This document shows, one piece after another, positions 51,595 through 60,738 of a stretch of DNA of 64,000 nucleotides. A model generated the notes under the pieces. The model made no database searches. It was not told the DNA's origin and was given only the letters and a program-made list of their open reading frames with translations. Origin of the DNA: Candidatus Kapaibacterium sp. Lineage in GTDB: Bacteria > Bacteroidota > Ignavibacteria > Kapaibacteriales > UBA2268. Made by a program: the position numbers and the translations under genes. The stretch is taken from contig OY762428.1 in assembly GCA_963665665.1 (NCBI GenBank), forward strand, positions 1 through 64,000, written 5' to 3'. Every line of letters begins with the position of its first letter. Position 1 is the first letter of the stretch.

Positions 51595-52557
51595 TTGAAA
51601 AAAGAAATTTTAAATTTGGAGAAAAGAATGGATATTATCGACGGCACTTATATCAAAGCAGGCAAAAAAAGCCTTTACGCGAAAGCAACCGGCAGGGGCA
51701 ACCCTGCTATTGTTATTGAAACTGCTCTTGGCAGTTTATCAGCAGAATGGACTTCAATTCAGTATGAATTATCAAACATGACAACAGTTATTAGTTATGA
51801 CCGCGCCGGATACGGGGAAAGCGCTCCAGGCAATTCACCGAGAACGAGCGATACCATAGCATCCGAACTAAAGGAAATGCTTGACAACACGGGAATTCCC
51901 GGACCTTATATCTTTATTGGTTCATCGCTTGGCGGATTGTACCTTCAGCATTTCGCAAAAAAATATCCTGATATGGTTTCAGGTCTGGTTTTCGCTGATA
52001 CCATAACAACAGGTATTGAGAAAGTTGAAAACGGAGACACTCCATACTATAAAGAAAATGCCTCGACAAAAGTCAGGATTGATAACGTAAGGCCACTGGC
52101 TGAACTTGAAAACAGTGAATTTGAAAAAATTGTGACACCATTCCTACAGAAGTTATATCCCGGTTTTCCGGATGCTATTCGCTCGCAGCTGATAGCATAC
52201 CAGACAGACCAGAACCTGTATAAAACCGTAATAGACGAGCACGACTCGATGATGCAGAGTATTGAAGACATAAAAAATGCAGGAGATTTTCCGGATGTTC
52301 CGGTAAAAATTATCTGCCGCGACCCAAGAGCTATGATAAAATTATCTTCAAAAATTGGAATCCCGGAAGAAGAAGCGAGATATATTGAAGAAACCTGGAT
52401 GGAGGAACAGAAAGCGCTTGCTTCTAATTTTAAACAATGCGATTTGATTGTTGCCGAGAATTCAGACCACCAGATGCACTTTTCAAATCCTAAAGCAATT
52501 ATTGACTGCGTAAACGAACTGATTATGCAGACAGGTAATTTTGTTGAACTTGGATAG
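51595..52557 (+). CDS. alpha/beta hydrolase
   Basis: YDRAGYGES, PGPY..IGSSLGG, C-terminal SDH. Confidence 0.85.
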   Translation: MKKEILNLEKRMDIIDGTYIKAGKKSLYAKATGRGNPAIVIETALGSLSAEWTSIQYELSNMTTVISYDRAGYGESAPGNSPRTSDTIASELKEMLDNTGIPGPYIFIGSSLGGLYLQHFAKKYPDMVSGLVFADTITTGIEKVENGDTPYYKENASTKVRIDNVRPLAELENSEFEKIVTPFLQKLYPGFPDAIRSQLIAYQTDQNLYKTVIDEHDSMMQSIEDIKNAGDFPDVPVKIICRDPRAMIKLSSKIGIPEEEARYIEETWMEEQKALASNFKQCDLIVAENSDHQMHFSNPKAIIDCVNELIMQTGNFVELG

Positions 52558-52567
52558 AGCCAATTAC

Positions 52568-52606
52568 AAAATCGCCCGGCAGCTTTCGGATACCGGGCGA
52601 TTTTTT
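52568..52606. terminator. bidirectional Rho-independent terminator
   Basis: aaaatcgcccgg...ccgggcgatttttt between convergent genes. Confidence 0.8.
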
Positions 52607-52641
52607 AGTTTATTTAGAAATTATTAGAAAATCAATAAATT

Positions 52642-53484
52642 TTAACGAATATATTTATAAATAAATTTCTGGCTGGGTTGATTATTTTTATCATAAAATA
52701 TTTCTTCTACTTTATTACAATATTTATCATAACGGGCTGTACTCTTCCATAATAGTTTTTCTTCGCCATCGGTTTTTGTGTAAATCAACCATTCAATCAT
52801 ATTGCCATTAGCATCATACTTTTTCAAATGCCTGTATATTAAATTATCAAAATTATCCAATCTTATTTCTTCAATCATATAACCATGTTGGTCATATTTA
52901 TATCGTTTCTTTTCAGATAACTTACCATTGTCTTCATATCTATTAGTCCCGGTTTTCCTACCGCTTGAATCATAGAATAAAAATGTTGTATAGCTGCCAT
53001 TTATTCCTAACGGATCAGAATTACTAGAATGTAATTCTTCTTCAACTAGGCGGCCATTATCATCATATTTTCTAATATATTTCGATATTTGTGTTTGGCC
53101 ATCATACATATCTTTTCGCTCAATTAAATTTCCATGGACATCCAGTTTCATTGTGAATATACCTGTAAACTCGCCTGATAATTTATAAAGACTATCAACA
53201 ATTATATTTTGATTAAAATTGAAATGCACCTTCCTCAAAATTGTATCATTATGGTATGCAATTTTTTCAACAGGGACTCCTTGATCATTATATTTTGACA
53301 CCAGGAAACGATCTATCGAGCTTGAATCAATTATTCCTGATTTGTAATTATATAAATATCCGGTCATTTCAGTAAATCCGCCATTTATGGTGTCTCGGTA
53401 TGTTATCTGCGAATAGCTGAAATTTGAGAAAATTGATAGTAATATTGCGATTAGGAGTAGTTTTTTCATAATATCTTCAATCAA
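52642..53484 (-). CDS. secreted YD-repeat-like hypothetical protein
   Basis: Signal peptide and repeated Y(D/N)xxG units (YNDQG, YDDNG, YDSSG, YDQHG, YDANG). Confidence 0.65.
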   Translation of the reverse strand: MIEDIMKKLLLIAILLSIFSNFSYSQITYRDTINGGFTEMTGYLYNYKSGIIDSSSIDRFLVSKYNDQGVPVEKIAYHNDTILRKVHFNFNQNIIVDSLYKLSGEFTGIFTMKLDVHGNLIERKDMYDGQTQISKYIRKYDDNGRLVEEELHSSNSDPLGINGSYTTFLFYDSSGRKTGTNRYEDNGKLSEKKRYKYDQHGYMIEEIRLDNFDNLIYRHLKKYDANGNMIEWLIYTKTDGEEKLLWKSTARYDKYCNKVEEIFYDKNNQPSQKFIYKYIR

Positions 53485-53510
53485 ATTAATAAAATATAAA
53501 TCATTGGTTC

Positions 53511-54596
53511 TTATACAAGTTTCACTTCTTTGAAATATTCTTTACCTTCTTTTTGCTCAATAAGACCTCTTTGCTGTAAACGTCCAATAATTACAGCCGG
53601 GTGAATTTGAAATTCCCTTGCGAAATACTCCGCATTAAATTTATTCTTTTGCATGGAAGATACAATTTCATTTTCAGCTTCTTTTGTTAGCAGTAGGTTT
53701 GAAGCAAACTCATCAGCTTCTTGTTCCTTTATTTTATCATTATACCAATATTTGTTACTTTCAAGAAATATATCTTTTTTGCCATGTAGTATAATATGAG
53801 CCGCTTCATGAAAAAAAGTAAACCAAAAAATATCATTACTTTTATATCTTGCTGAAAGCTGTATCAGCGGCGCATTATTAAGCCATCTTGTGCAACTGCT
53901 TACCGGAGCTTTAGGCAAGCAGGGCGTAAAAACTACCTTCACTCCGGAATTTATGCAAATATTGCGTAACCTGATAGAAAAATCATCAGGGTGTTCCGCC
54001 GCTACCTGTTTAATTTCTTTAAGTGCCGATTTGAACTTTTTTTGATTGTATTCAGGTGCTTTAATTTGAGCAGCTAATATTTCGCCCTGCCTTAGCCAGG
54101 CTGATATTGCCGGTGATTCTTTTGTATGTTTTAAGGATATTCTGAAAGCAACTTTTAACTTTTGTTCAAAATAGTAGTTCTTCCATGCTTTATGCGAGGA
54201 AAAACCAAAGAACTTCAGCAATCTCTCTGCTTTTTCTTCAGATTTTTGACTTGACTCTACCCAACCGAGTTTCGCCATTTCCTTATAAGGAAATAAATTG
54301 GCCCAATCCATCGAATCAATTATTTCCTGTTTAAACTTTTTTTTGGCAATAAGCTCGTTATATTTCTGCTGATAACCCATCCAAAACCGAGCCGGTATCT
54401 TCAATACATTTTCAAATTTTACAGCCATATCCGCCGTTATTGAGCTATCCCCGTTCAATATAGCTGAAATTGTTTTTTCTGGTTTACCGGTTCTCAGGGC
54501 GAACTCCTTCGCACCCATACCGAGTTCCATCAATTTGTCTTTAAGGGTTATTCCCGGGTGAGTGAACGATTCAGGTATGTATTCACTTTTATTCAT
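53511..54596 (-). CDS. higA: HigA-family HTH antitoxin fused to ImmA/IrrE (M78) metallopeptidase
   Basis: HPG.TL, Xre HTH, IT.DMA...E.VL..PA.FW, FWFTFFHEAAH (HExxH), E.EADEFA. Confidence 0.85.
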   Translation of the reverse strand: MNKSEYIPESFTHPGITLKDKLMELGMGAKEFALRTGKPEKTISAILNGDSSITADMAVKFENVLKIPARFWMGYQQKYNELIAKKKFKQEIIDSMDWANLFPYKEMAKLGWVESSQKSEEKAERLLKFFGFSSHKAWKNYYFEQKLKVAFRISLKHTKESPAISAWLRQGEILAAQIKAPEYNQKKFKSALKEIKQVAAEHPDDFSIRLRNICINSGVKVVFTPCLPKAPVSSCTRWLNNAPLIQLSARYKSNDIFWFTFFHEAAHIILHGKKDIFLESNKYWYNDKIKEQEADEFASNLLLTKEAENEIVSSMQKNKFNAEYFAREFQIHPAVIIGRLQQRGLIEQKEGKEYFKEVKLV

Positions 54597-54608
54597 ATAA
54601 AATAGCTT

Positions 54609-54944
54609 TCAGTGATAATCTTCAATTTCAATAATTTCAACGGCAATTATTTCAATCCATAAATATCTTCCGTCAGGATCGGATGGAATTGGTTTTTCTT
54701 TCGGTTCGAAGATTAATCTAAAAGGATGATTAAGATCGCAACTCCATTGGCCTTTCCTGTTCCCTCTCAATTCATGATACCTACTGGCAAATAACGGGTG
54801 TCTTCCAGTGTTTCAGCCCGATCCAACTGATCAAGCCTGAGTTTGTACAGATCGCCCTGCCTTTTACCAAGCTTCTTAAGCCTTTGTTTGTCGTTATTTG
54901 CAAAAAGCTTTAACTTTTTTATCTGCAAATGTTATTATTTCTAT
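54609..54944 (-). pseudogene. higB: frameshifted HigB/RelE-family toxin gene
   Basis: Three frame segments join to ITFADKK/LKLFANNDKQRLKKLG...AETLEDTRYLP/RYHELRGNRKGQWSCDLNHPFRLIF...EIIEIEDYH*. One +1 and one -1 indel, no ATG. Confidence 0.85.
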
Positions 54945-55017
54945 TCAAAAATACGAAATTAATTTACATTTAGTGTTAATCATAATAAGTATTTATCAAA
55001 TATCACATATTAAAAAA

Positions 55018-56175
55018 TCAGCTATTCAATTCCTCCTTAGGCATTTTCAAGGCAAAGAATACTCCGATAAATGATATTCCTGCGCTGATAAGATAGGTGG
55101 TTTCAAGGTCGATTATATCACCAAGGTGGCCGAACAGTAAAGCCACAACAGAACTTGAAAAGAAATTGATAGTCATGAAAACAGAGTTGGCCGTGGCAGG
55201 ATATTCCGTATCGCTGTCCAGAACCCAGGCCATTATTACCGGAGTAGCTGAAAATGCCAGCAGACCAAGAATGATCAGCATTGGAAATGCTACCCACCCA
55301 TCGGCAAAAACAAATGCCACAAGGAAAATCGGAGCTGCAATAGAACTGATAAGCATTACGTTCCGCCTGCCAATTTTATCAGATAATGTGCCCGAGATCA
55401 TTGCACCAGCAGCACCGGATAGCTCCAAAACGGACAATGATATTCCGGCAAGCCAAAGCTCCCCGCCCTTCGAACTGATAAATGTAGGCAGGAATGAAGT
55501 CAGGGCAAGCAAAAGGAAAGCTTTGCTGACAATAAGGCCAGACATAACCGGCAGGATTGGTTTCATTTCCCTCATCACTACGCCGAAACTTTCGAACTTG
55601 GATATTTTATTTGGGGGTTCAGCGGTTTTTATATTTCTTACCTGGAAGTATAATAATACGGCAATAATCACACCGGGGATAAATATCAACCATGAATAAT
55701 TAATCCCCAGCCATGTAATTGCTCCGAGAATTATTATCGGCCCAAGTGTTCTGGCCAGTTCACCAGAAAACATGAAAAAGCTCATTCCCCTGCCAATTTT
55801 ATCCCCTGCCATCTCGCGGATAATAACCGGTGCCGGAACATGATAAAGCGCTGAGCTTGTTCCGGCAATAAATACAAGTATATAAATATGCATATAGTGA
55901 TCTAAAACCGGGATAAAACTCATAGTAATGGCAGTTATTGCCGGAGTGATCACAATTAGATATTTGAAACCTTTCCTGTCGGACATAAGGCCGAAAACAA
56001 TGTTTGCTAAAGCCGGCGCCCTCATAACAACTATTAGCAGGCTGACCATGAAATAGCTAAGGCCATGCTTTTGTATAAGAAACGGCAGCAGCGGAGCCAG
56101 GAATGCAGTATAGATATCATGAGTCAGATGACTCATTGATACAGTAGCAACTTTTACTGTCCGGAATTTCTTCAA
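55018..56175 (-). CDS. MFS transporter (Fsr-like)
   Basis: H.THD.Y, G..SDR, LYHVP, G.LSDKIGRR, about 12 TM helices. Confidence 0.88.
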   Translation of the reverse strand: MKKFRTVKVATVSMSHLTHDIYTAFLAPLLPFLIQKHGLSYFMVSLLIVVMRAPALANIVFGLMSDRKGFKYLIVITPAITAITMSFIPVLDHYMHIYILVFIAGTSSALYHVPAPVIIREMAGDKIGRGMSFFMFSGELARTLGPIIILGAITWLGINYSWLIFIPGVIIAVLLYFQVRNIKTAEPPNKISKFESFGVVMREMKPILPVMSGLIVSKAFLLLALTSFLPTFISSKGGELWLAGISLSVLELSGAAGAMISGTLSDKIGRRNVMLISSIAAPIFLVAFVFADGWVAFPMLIILGLLAFSATPVIMAWVLDSDTEYPATANSVFMTINFFSSSVVALLFGHLGDIIDLETTYLISAGISFIGVFFALKMPKEELNS

Positions 56176-56268
56176 TGCCTGCCCTTACCCCTGCTGTTTT
56201 TGTAATAATACAATTTAAGAAAAAGAAATGAATAAACCTTCTGTCCGTCTTTTCCAATCAAACAATTA

Positions 56269-58110
56269 ATGCTATTTTTGCTGATTGATTATTTTGCTAA
56301 CGGAGAAATGATGTTTAGAATAGTTATAATATTTGCTTTATTATTAAATATTGGCTCTGCTTTTGCCCAAAGTGCCGACGACAGGAAGTTCGCGCTCGCT
56401 ATGTCCTACGAGGAAAGTGGCGCTTATGATGACGCCTCACGCCTTTACCTTGAGATATACAATAACAACAAGAAGAACGACGAATATTTCGGCGGGGTGG
56501 AAAGAACTTACCGCGCTCTCAACAGGTTCGGCGAACTGCTGGAAATTACCAAGGAAAGGATTTCTCTCAGGAATACATTCAAAATGCGTGACCTCTATGC
56601 GGAAATGCTCTGGCGGTCAGGCCAGAATGATGAAGCCAACGCTCAATGGAGAAAATGCCTCGATGATTATAGTGGAAATGAAAAAATGTACTTGCGGGTT
56701 GCCATAACACAAGGCAATCTCCGGCTTCTGGAAAAAGCTGCACAAACACTGATTGAAGGCCGTGAGGAAATTGGCGTACCAGATGTTTATTCCGACGAAC
56801 TGAGTAAAATTTATATCTCTCTTGGCAATTATCAGGACGGAACAGATGAAATTATTCGCCACACAATGAAAACGAGGGATATACCACAGGCACAGGGGCG
56901 TTTATTTGCTTTGATGATAAACGATGAAGCTGCAAAATTTATCAAAAACCGCCTTGCAGAAAAATCAGAAGAAAATGATAAGTCGCTTTTTATTCTTGAA
57001 TTATACTCTTTCGTTCTTAGAAATATGGGTCAGTTTGACCAGGCTTTCGAAACTGTAAGAAAAATTGATAAACTAAGGAATGCAAATGGCAGAGACATTC
57101 TGTCATTCGCCGATATTTCACGAAAAGACGGCCAGACAAGTATTGCCCTGAAAGCATATTCTGAACTTATCGATATGGGAAAATCCACCCGTTTCCTTCC
57201 TACCGCCCTGTACGGATATGCCAGGACACTTGAAGAAAAACTTAATCTTGATACATCGATCAGCAAACAGGATGCAGGTGAAGTGATAAGCCAATACAGG
57301 AATATTATAAAAAAATATCCCAGGCAGGTAAATATTCCTGAAAGCAAGTACAGGATTGCAAATATAGCATTAAAATTCATGGATGATCCCGAAAATGCCA
57401 AAAAGGAATTAAATGAGATATTGAAGCAATACAAGGGTAATCAGTTTTTTGCCAAAGCTGCTCTTACACTTGGCGAGATCGAACTAAAAGAAGGAAATAT
57501 TGACGAAGCCGGTAAATATTTTAATTTTCTGGACAGGACGTATTTGCAGAGAGCGCCTGAAGAATATGAGCTTGGTAAATATTTCCGTGCAAAAATACTC
57601 TATTTCCAGGGGCATATCGATTCGGCACTTGCAGAATTCAATGAAGTTGGCGACCTGAACCGATCTGTAGCTGCTAATGATGCACTCAATATGATAACTC
57701 TTATCAATCAGAATAAAGAACTGATTGCGGCCCTTCAGGAGTACGCAGCAGCAGATTTTGCAGAATACCAGGGAAATATAACCGACGCTCTTGAAAAATA
57801 TAAGAAAGCCTCAGAAAAAGCTTATGGTGCCGATCTATCGGAAAGAGCTGCAATTAAAATCATTGAGATACTTTTCACCCGGAAGAACTACCTTGAAGCT
57901 TCCAAAAAAGCACTGAAACTAATTGAATTGAACCCCCAGACCATATACGGAGATCATGCTCTTCTGATTGCTGCTAAGTCGAATGAATTCACTGGCAAAA
58001 AACAGGAAGCGCAGAAACTTTACACAAGAATATTGAGTGATTATCCACGGTCGATATACCTTCAACAAGCCAGGGACAATATCAGGAGATTAAGGGGCGA
58101 AAGTATATAA
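56269..58110 (+). CDS. exported tetratricopeptide repeat protein
   Basis: Signal peptide (start probably ATG 56308 or 56311) and multiple TPR/BamD-like helical repeats ending YP.S.Y...AR. Confidence 0.82.
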   Translation: MLFLLIDYFANGEMMFRIVIIFALLLNIGSAFAQSADDRKFALAMSYEESGAYDDASRLYLEIYNNNKKNDEYFGGVERTYRALNRFGELLEITKERISLRNTFKMRDLYAEMLWRSGQNDEANAQWRKCLDDYSGNEKMYLRVAITQGNLRLLEKAAQTLIEGREEIGVPDVYSDELSKIYISLGNYQDGTDEIIRHTMKTRDIPQAQGRLFALMINDEAAKFIKNRLAEKSEENDKSLFILELYSFVLRNMGQFDQAFETVRKIDKLRNANGRDILSFADISRKDGQTSIALKAYSELIDMGKSTRFLPTALYGYARTLEEKLNLDTSISKQDAGEVISQYRNIIKKYPRQVNIPESKYRIANIALKFMDDPENAKKELNEILKQYKGNQFFAKAALTLGEIELKEGNIDEAGKYFNFLDRTYLQRAPEEYELGKYFRAKILYFQGHIDSALAEFNEVGDLNRSVAANDALNMITLINQNKELIAALQEYAAADFAEYQGNITDALEKYKKASEKAYGADLSERAAIKIIEILFTRKNYLEASKKALKLIELNPQTIYGDHALLIAAKSNEFTGKKQEAQKLYTRILSDYPRSIYLQQARDNIRRLRGESI

Positions 58111-58200
58111 GTAATTGAATTAGCTCCATTTCCAATTTGATGAAAAATTAGCACAGTTATTGCTTTTGTTGTAGGAATTGACAATGAAAGCGGATGTGAT

Positions 58201-59565
58201 ATGATAAAATTTAAGACTCTGTTAATCTATATTATATTTTCAAATTTAACTGTATATTGCTATTCAAGCGAACCCAAACGTCTTGTAGGATATTGGCATA
58301 ACTGGTATGGCAGTGCCGGAACCATGCTATTAACCAAAATTCCAGAAGAATACAAGCAGGTTAATATTGCTTTTGCACTGCCGGATGCAGCAGATGAAGC
58401 AATTATGACCTTCACACCGGATCCGTCAATTTATCCTGAAGAAGTTGATTTTATCAATGATATAAAAACCTTACAGTCAGCCGGAAGAGATGTTCTGATT
58501 TCAATTGGTGGCGGTACGGGATCTTTTGATCTTGATAATGAAAATGATATCAATTTATTTGTTAATTCATTATCGCAAATAATTGAAAAATATGGCTTCA
58601 ATGGTGTTGATATTGATCTTGAAGGGCAATCGCTATTCATACAGGACGGTGATTTTGACTTCAGAAATCCACAGACGAAAACTATTGCCAACTTTATAAA
58701 AGCTATCAAAGAATTATATGAGAAATTCGGTGATGAGTTTATTCTCACCTTGGCCCCTGAAACAGCTTTTGTACAAGGAGCTTGTGCCCGTTACGGAGGA
58801 GTCTGGGGGGCGTATCTGCCACTGATTCATGCCTTAAGGGATAAACTTGAATATATCCATGTACAGCACTATAATACCGGAAGTATGTACGGTAGAGATG
58901 GCAAAATATATTATCCCGCCACAGCTGATTTCCATGTTGCCATGGCAGATATGCTTTTGTCAGGATTTGATGTAAAATCAGATGACAGCACAATTTTCTT
59001 CGAACCGTTGCCTGAAGAAAAAGTGATGTTTGGTATTCCTGCTGCGAATGAGGCCGGAGGCAATTTTACAGTTTTTTCAGATGTTGCAAAAGCTTTGAAA
59101 TATCTCATCGACGGGACTGAATTCGGAGGAAGCTATCTAATCGGGAAGGATGTATATTTTCCGAAATTCGCAGGACTGATGACATGGTCTATAAACTGGG
59201 ACATGACTCAGGACTATTCTTTCGCAGATTATTTTTCTAATTTTTTCGATTCTCTTAAGATAACAGATGTGCAAAATTATTCCATTAATCCAGCCATTTC
59301 AATAAAAAGTAATGAAGAAATAAATATCTATCCCAACCCGACAATCGAAGGAGCAAAAATTGATATTACTATTACAAAGAATGGTATTTATGAAGTTAAG
59401 ATCAGCAATCTGAATGCTTCTTTTACTAAAACCCTTTACAGTGGTCCGATGAGCTCAGGGATAAATTCTTTCAATCATGCAATAGACAGTGAAGCCGGTA
59501 TATATTATGTCATACTCTCATCCGGAGACAGGATAATAAAAACTAAAGCGTTTGTTGTTGAATAA
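58201..59565 (+). CDS. GH18 chitinase with T9SS sorting domain
   Basis: LVGYWHNW, SIGG, FNGVDIDLE catalytic motif, HVQHYN, GLMTWSINWD, IYPNP CTD. Confidence 0.92.
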   Translation: MIKFKTLLIYIIFSNLTVYCYSSEPKRLVGYWHNWYGSAGTMLLTKIPEEYKQVNIAFALPDAADEAIMTFTPDPSIYPEEVDFINDIKTLQSAGRDVLISIGGGTGSFDLDNENDINLFVNSLSQIIEKYGFNGVDIDLEGQSLFIQDGDFDFRNPQTKTIANFIKAIKELYEKFGDEFILTLAPETAFVQGACARYGGVWGAYLPLIHALRDKLEYIHVQHYNTGSMYGRDGKIYYPATADFHVAMADMLLSGFDVKSDDSTIFFEPLPEEKVMFGIPAANEAGGNFTVFSDVAKALKYLIDGTEFGGSYLIGKDVYFPKFAGLMTWSINWDMTQDYSFADYFSNFFDSLKITDVQNYSINPAISIKSNEEINIYPNPTIEGAKIDITITKNGIYEVKISNLNASFTKTLYSGPMSSGINSFNHAIDSEAGIYYVILSSGDRIIKTKAFVVE

Positions 59566-59605
59566 TGGTTTGAATAAATATCAATAAAAATTGGGTTATT
59601 AAAAT

Positions 59606-60544
59606 CTATTCATTTAGTTGAGATTTTAAAATTGTCTTAATCTCTTCAAAAGATAATCCGGTTACATCTTCAATATCATCAAGAGTATAGCCTTTTTCTT
59701 CCATATTGATAACAACATTGGAAAGGCTATCTCTGATTCCCTGTTTCTTTCCTTCTACCAAGCCTTCTTTATGACCTTCCAGCCGTCCTTCTTCTCGTCC
59801 TTCTTCTCGTCCCTCTTTGCGTCCTTCCTTCATTCCCTTCTCAAGTGCATCATATTTATAAGCCTGTGTAACCATAATTGCATCCCAATACTGGCTATAA
59901 GCCCGAAGTTCATTCTTTGAATAACTCGATTCTTCAAGTATTTTAACAGCTTTTTTAATTTCTTCAGCTTCTGGATTCTCAATAATGGCCGGATATGTAT
60001 CGTCAAATTCCGTAAGAAATCTTAACCATAACACAGCCATACGTTTTTCAAGCATTGTTTCGGGCTTAAATTTTGGCAACTCAATAAAAATAAATTCCAA
60101 CCCCTCAATTTTTTCATCTGTATTCTCGATATTAACAATACTGTAATGATGATAAAAATCCGGATCGTCTTTTAGGTAAGTATCATTTATTAGATTCAGA
60201 GAATAAACCGGGCATAAGGCATTGAATTTCTTTCCCCTTTCTAACTGGGTAACATAAGCCTTGGATGCGTTGAACATAACACGGGTTTTGAAACTATCGG
60301 TCCACAACATTTGCATTTCGATAATAAATTGCCGGCCCTTGTTGTCAATACATCGTACATCAACTATAGTGTGTTTGAATACCGGAAGTTCAGGAACTAA
60401 TTCTGGAGATAGATATTCCAGTTTTTCGATATACTGGTCTTCCTCGAAGGGCATAAGGGCATTCAGAAAACTTATTGCCAGATCAGGATTTTCTCCGAAT
60501 ATTTTCTTAAATGTCAGGTCGTTCTTGGGATCAAGGTAACGCAT
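59606..60544 (-). CDS. Rpn family PD-(D/E)XK nuclease / putative transposase
   Basis: DPKNDLTFKKIFG, VDVRC, IIEMQ, FIELPKF, EGREEG repeats, VTGLS.EEI. ATG at 60544. Confidence 0.92.
   Translation of the reverse strand: MRYLDPKNDLTFKKIFGENPDLAISFLNALMPFEEDQYIEKLEYLSPELVPELPVFKHTIVDVRCIDNKGRQFIIEMQMLWTDSFKTRVMFNASKAYVTQLERGKKFNALCPVYSLNLINDTYLKDDPDFYHHYSIVNIENTDEKIEGLEFIFIELPKFKPETMLEKRMAVLWLRFLTEFDDTYPAIIENPEAEEIKKAVKILEESSYSKNELRAYSQYWDAIMVTQAYKYDALEKGMKEGRKEGREEGREEGRLEGHKEGLVEGKKQGIRDSLSNVVINMEEKGYTLDDIEDVTGLSFEEIKTILKSQLNE
59784..59831 (-). repeat. 12-bp coding tandem repeat (EGRx) inside rpn
   Basis: cgtccttcttct twice plus two degenerate units. Confidence 0.75.
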
Positions 60545-60683
60545 ATATTTATTCCTCAATAATTGTCAATTTTTTGTAAAAACGTATCTTGCAAACTCTT
60601 ATTATATCATATATTAATGTATGAATTTTTTTACAAAAAACAGAAGAATTTTCTAATCAACCATTGCTAAATTATCAAAAGAA

Positions 60684-60704
60684 GGGACTACAAATAGTAG
60701 TCCC
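60684..60704 (-). terminator. terminator of CLC gene
   Basis: gggactac-aaata-gtagtccc followed on minus strand by ttctttt. Confidence 0.7.
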
Positions 60705-60738
60705 CTAATTACAATGATAATTTTTCAATATTCAAATC

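Noticed and set aside
52642-53484. Rhs polymorphic toxin
   Set aside because: Only 280 aa, with no Rhs core PxxxxDPxG motif, toxin tip or immunity gene.
58150-58165. Sigma-54 promoter TAGCAC-N5-TTGCT upstream of the chitinase
   Set aside because: The invariant GG dinucleotide is AG; cannot be supported without TSS data.
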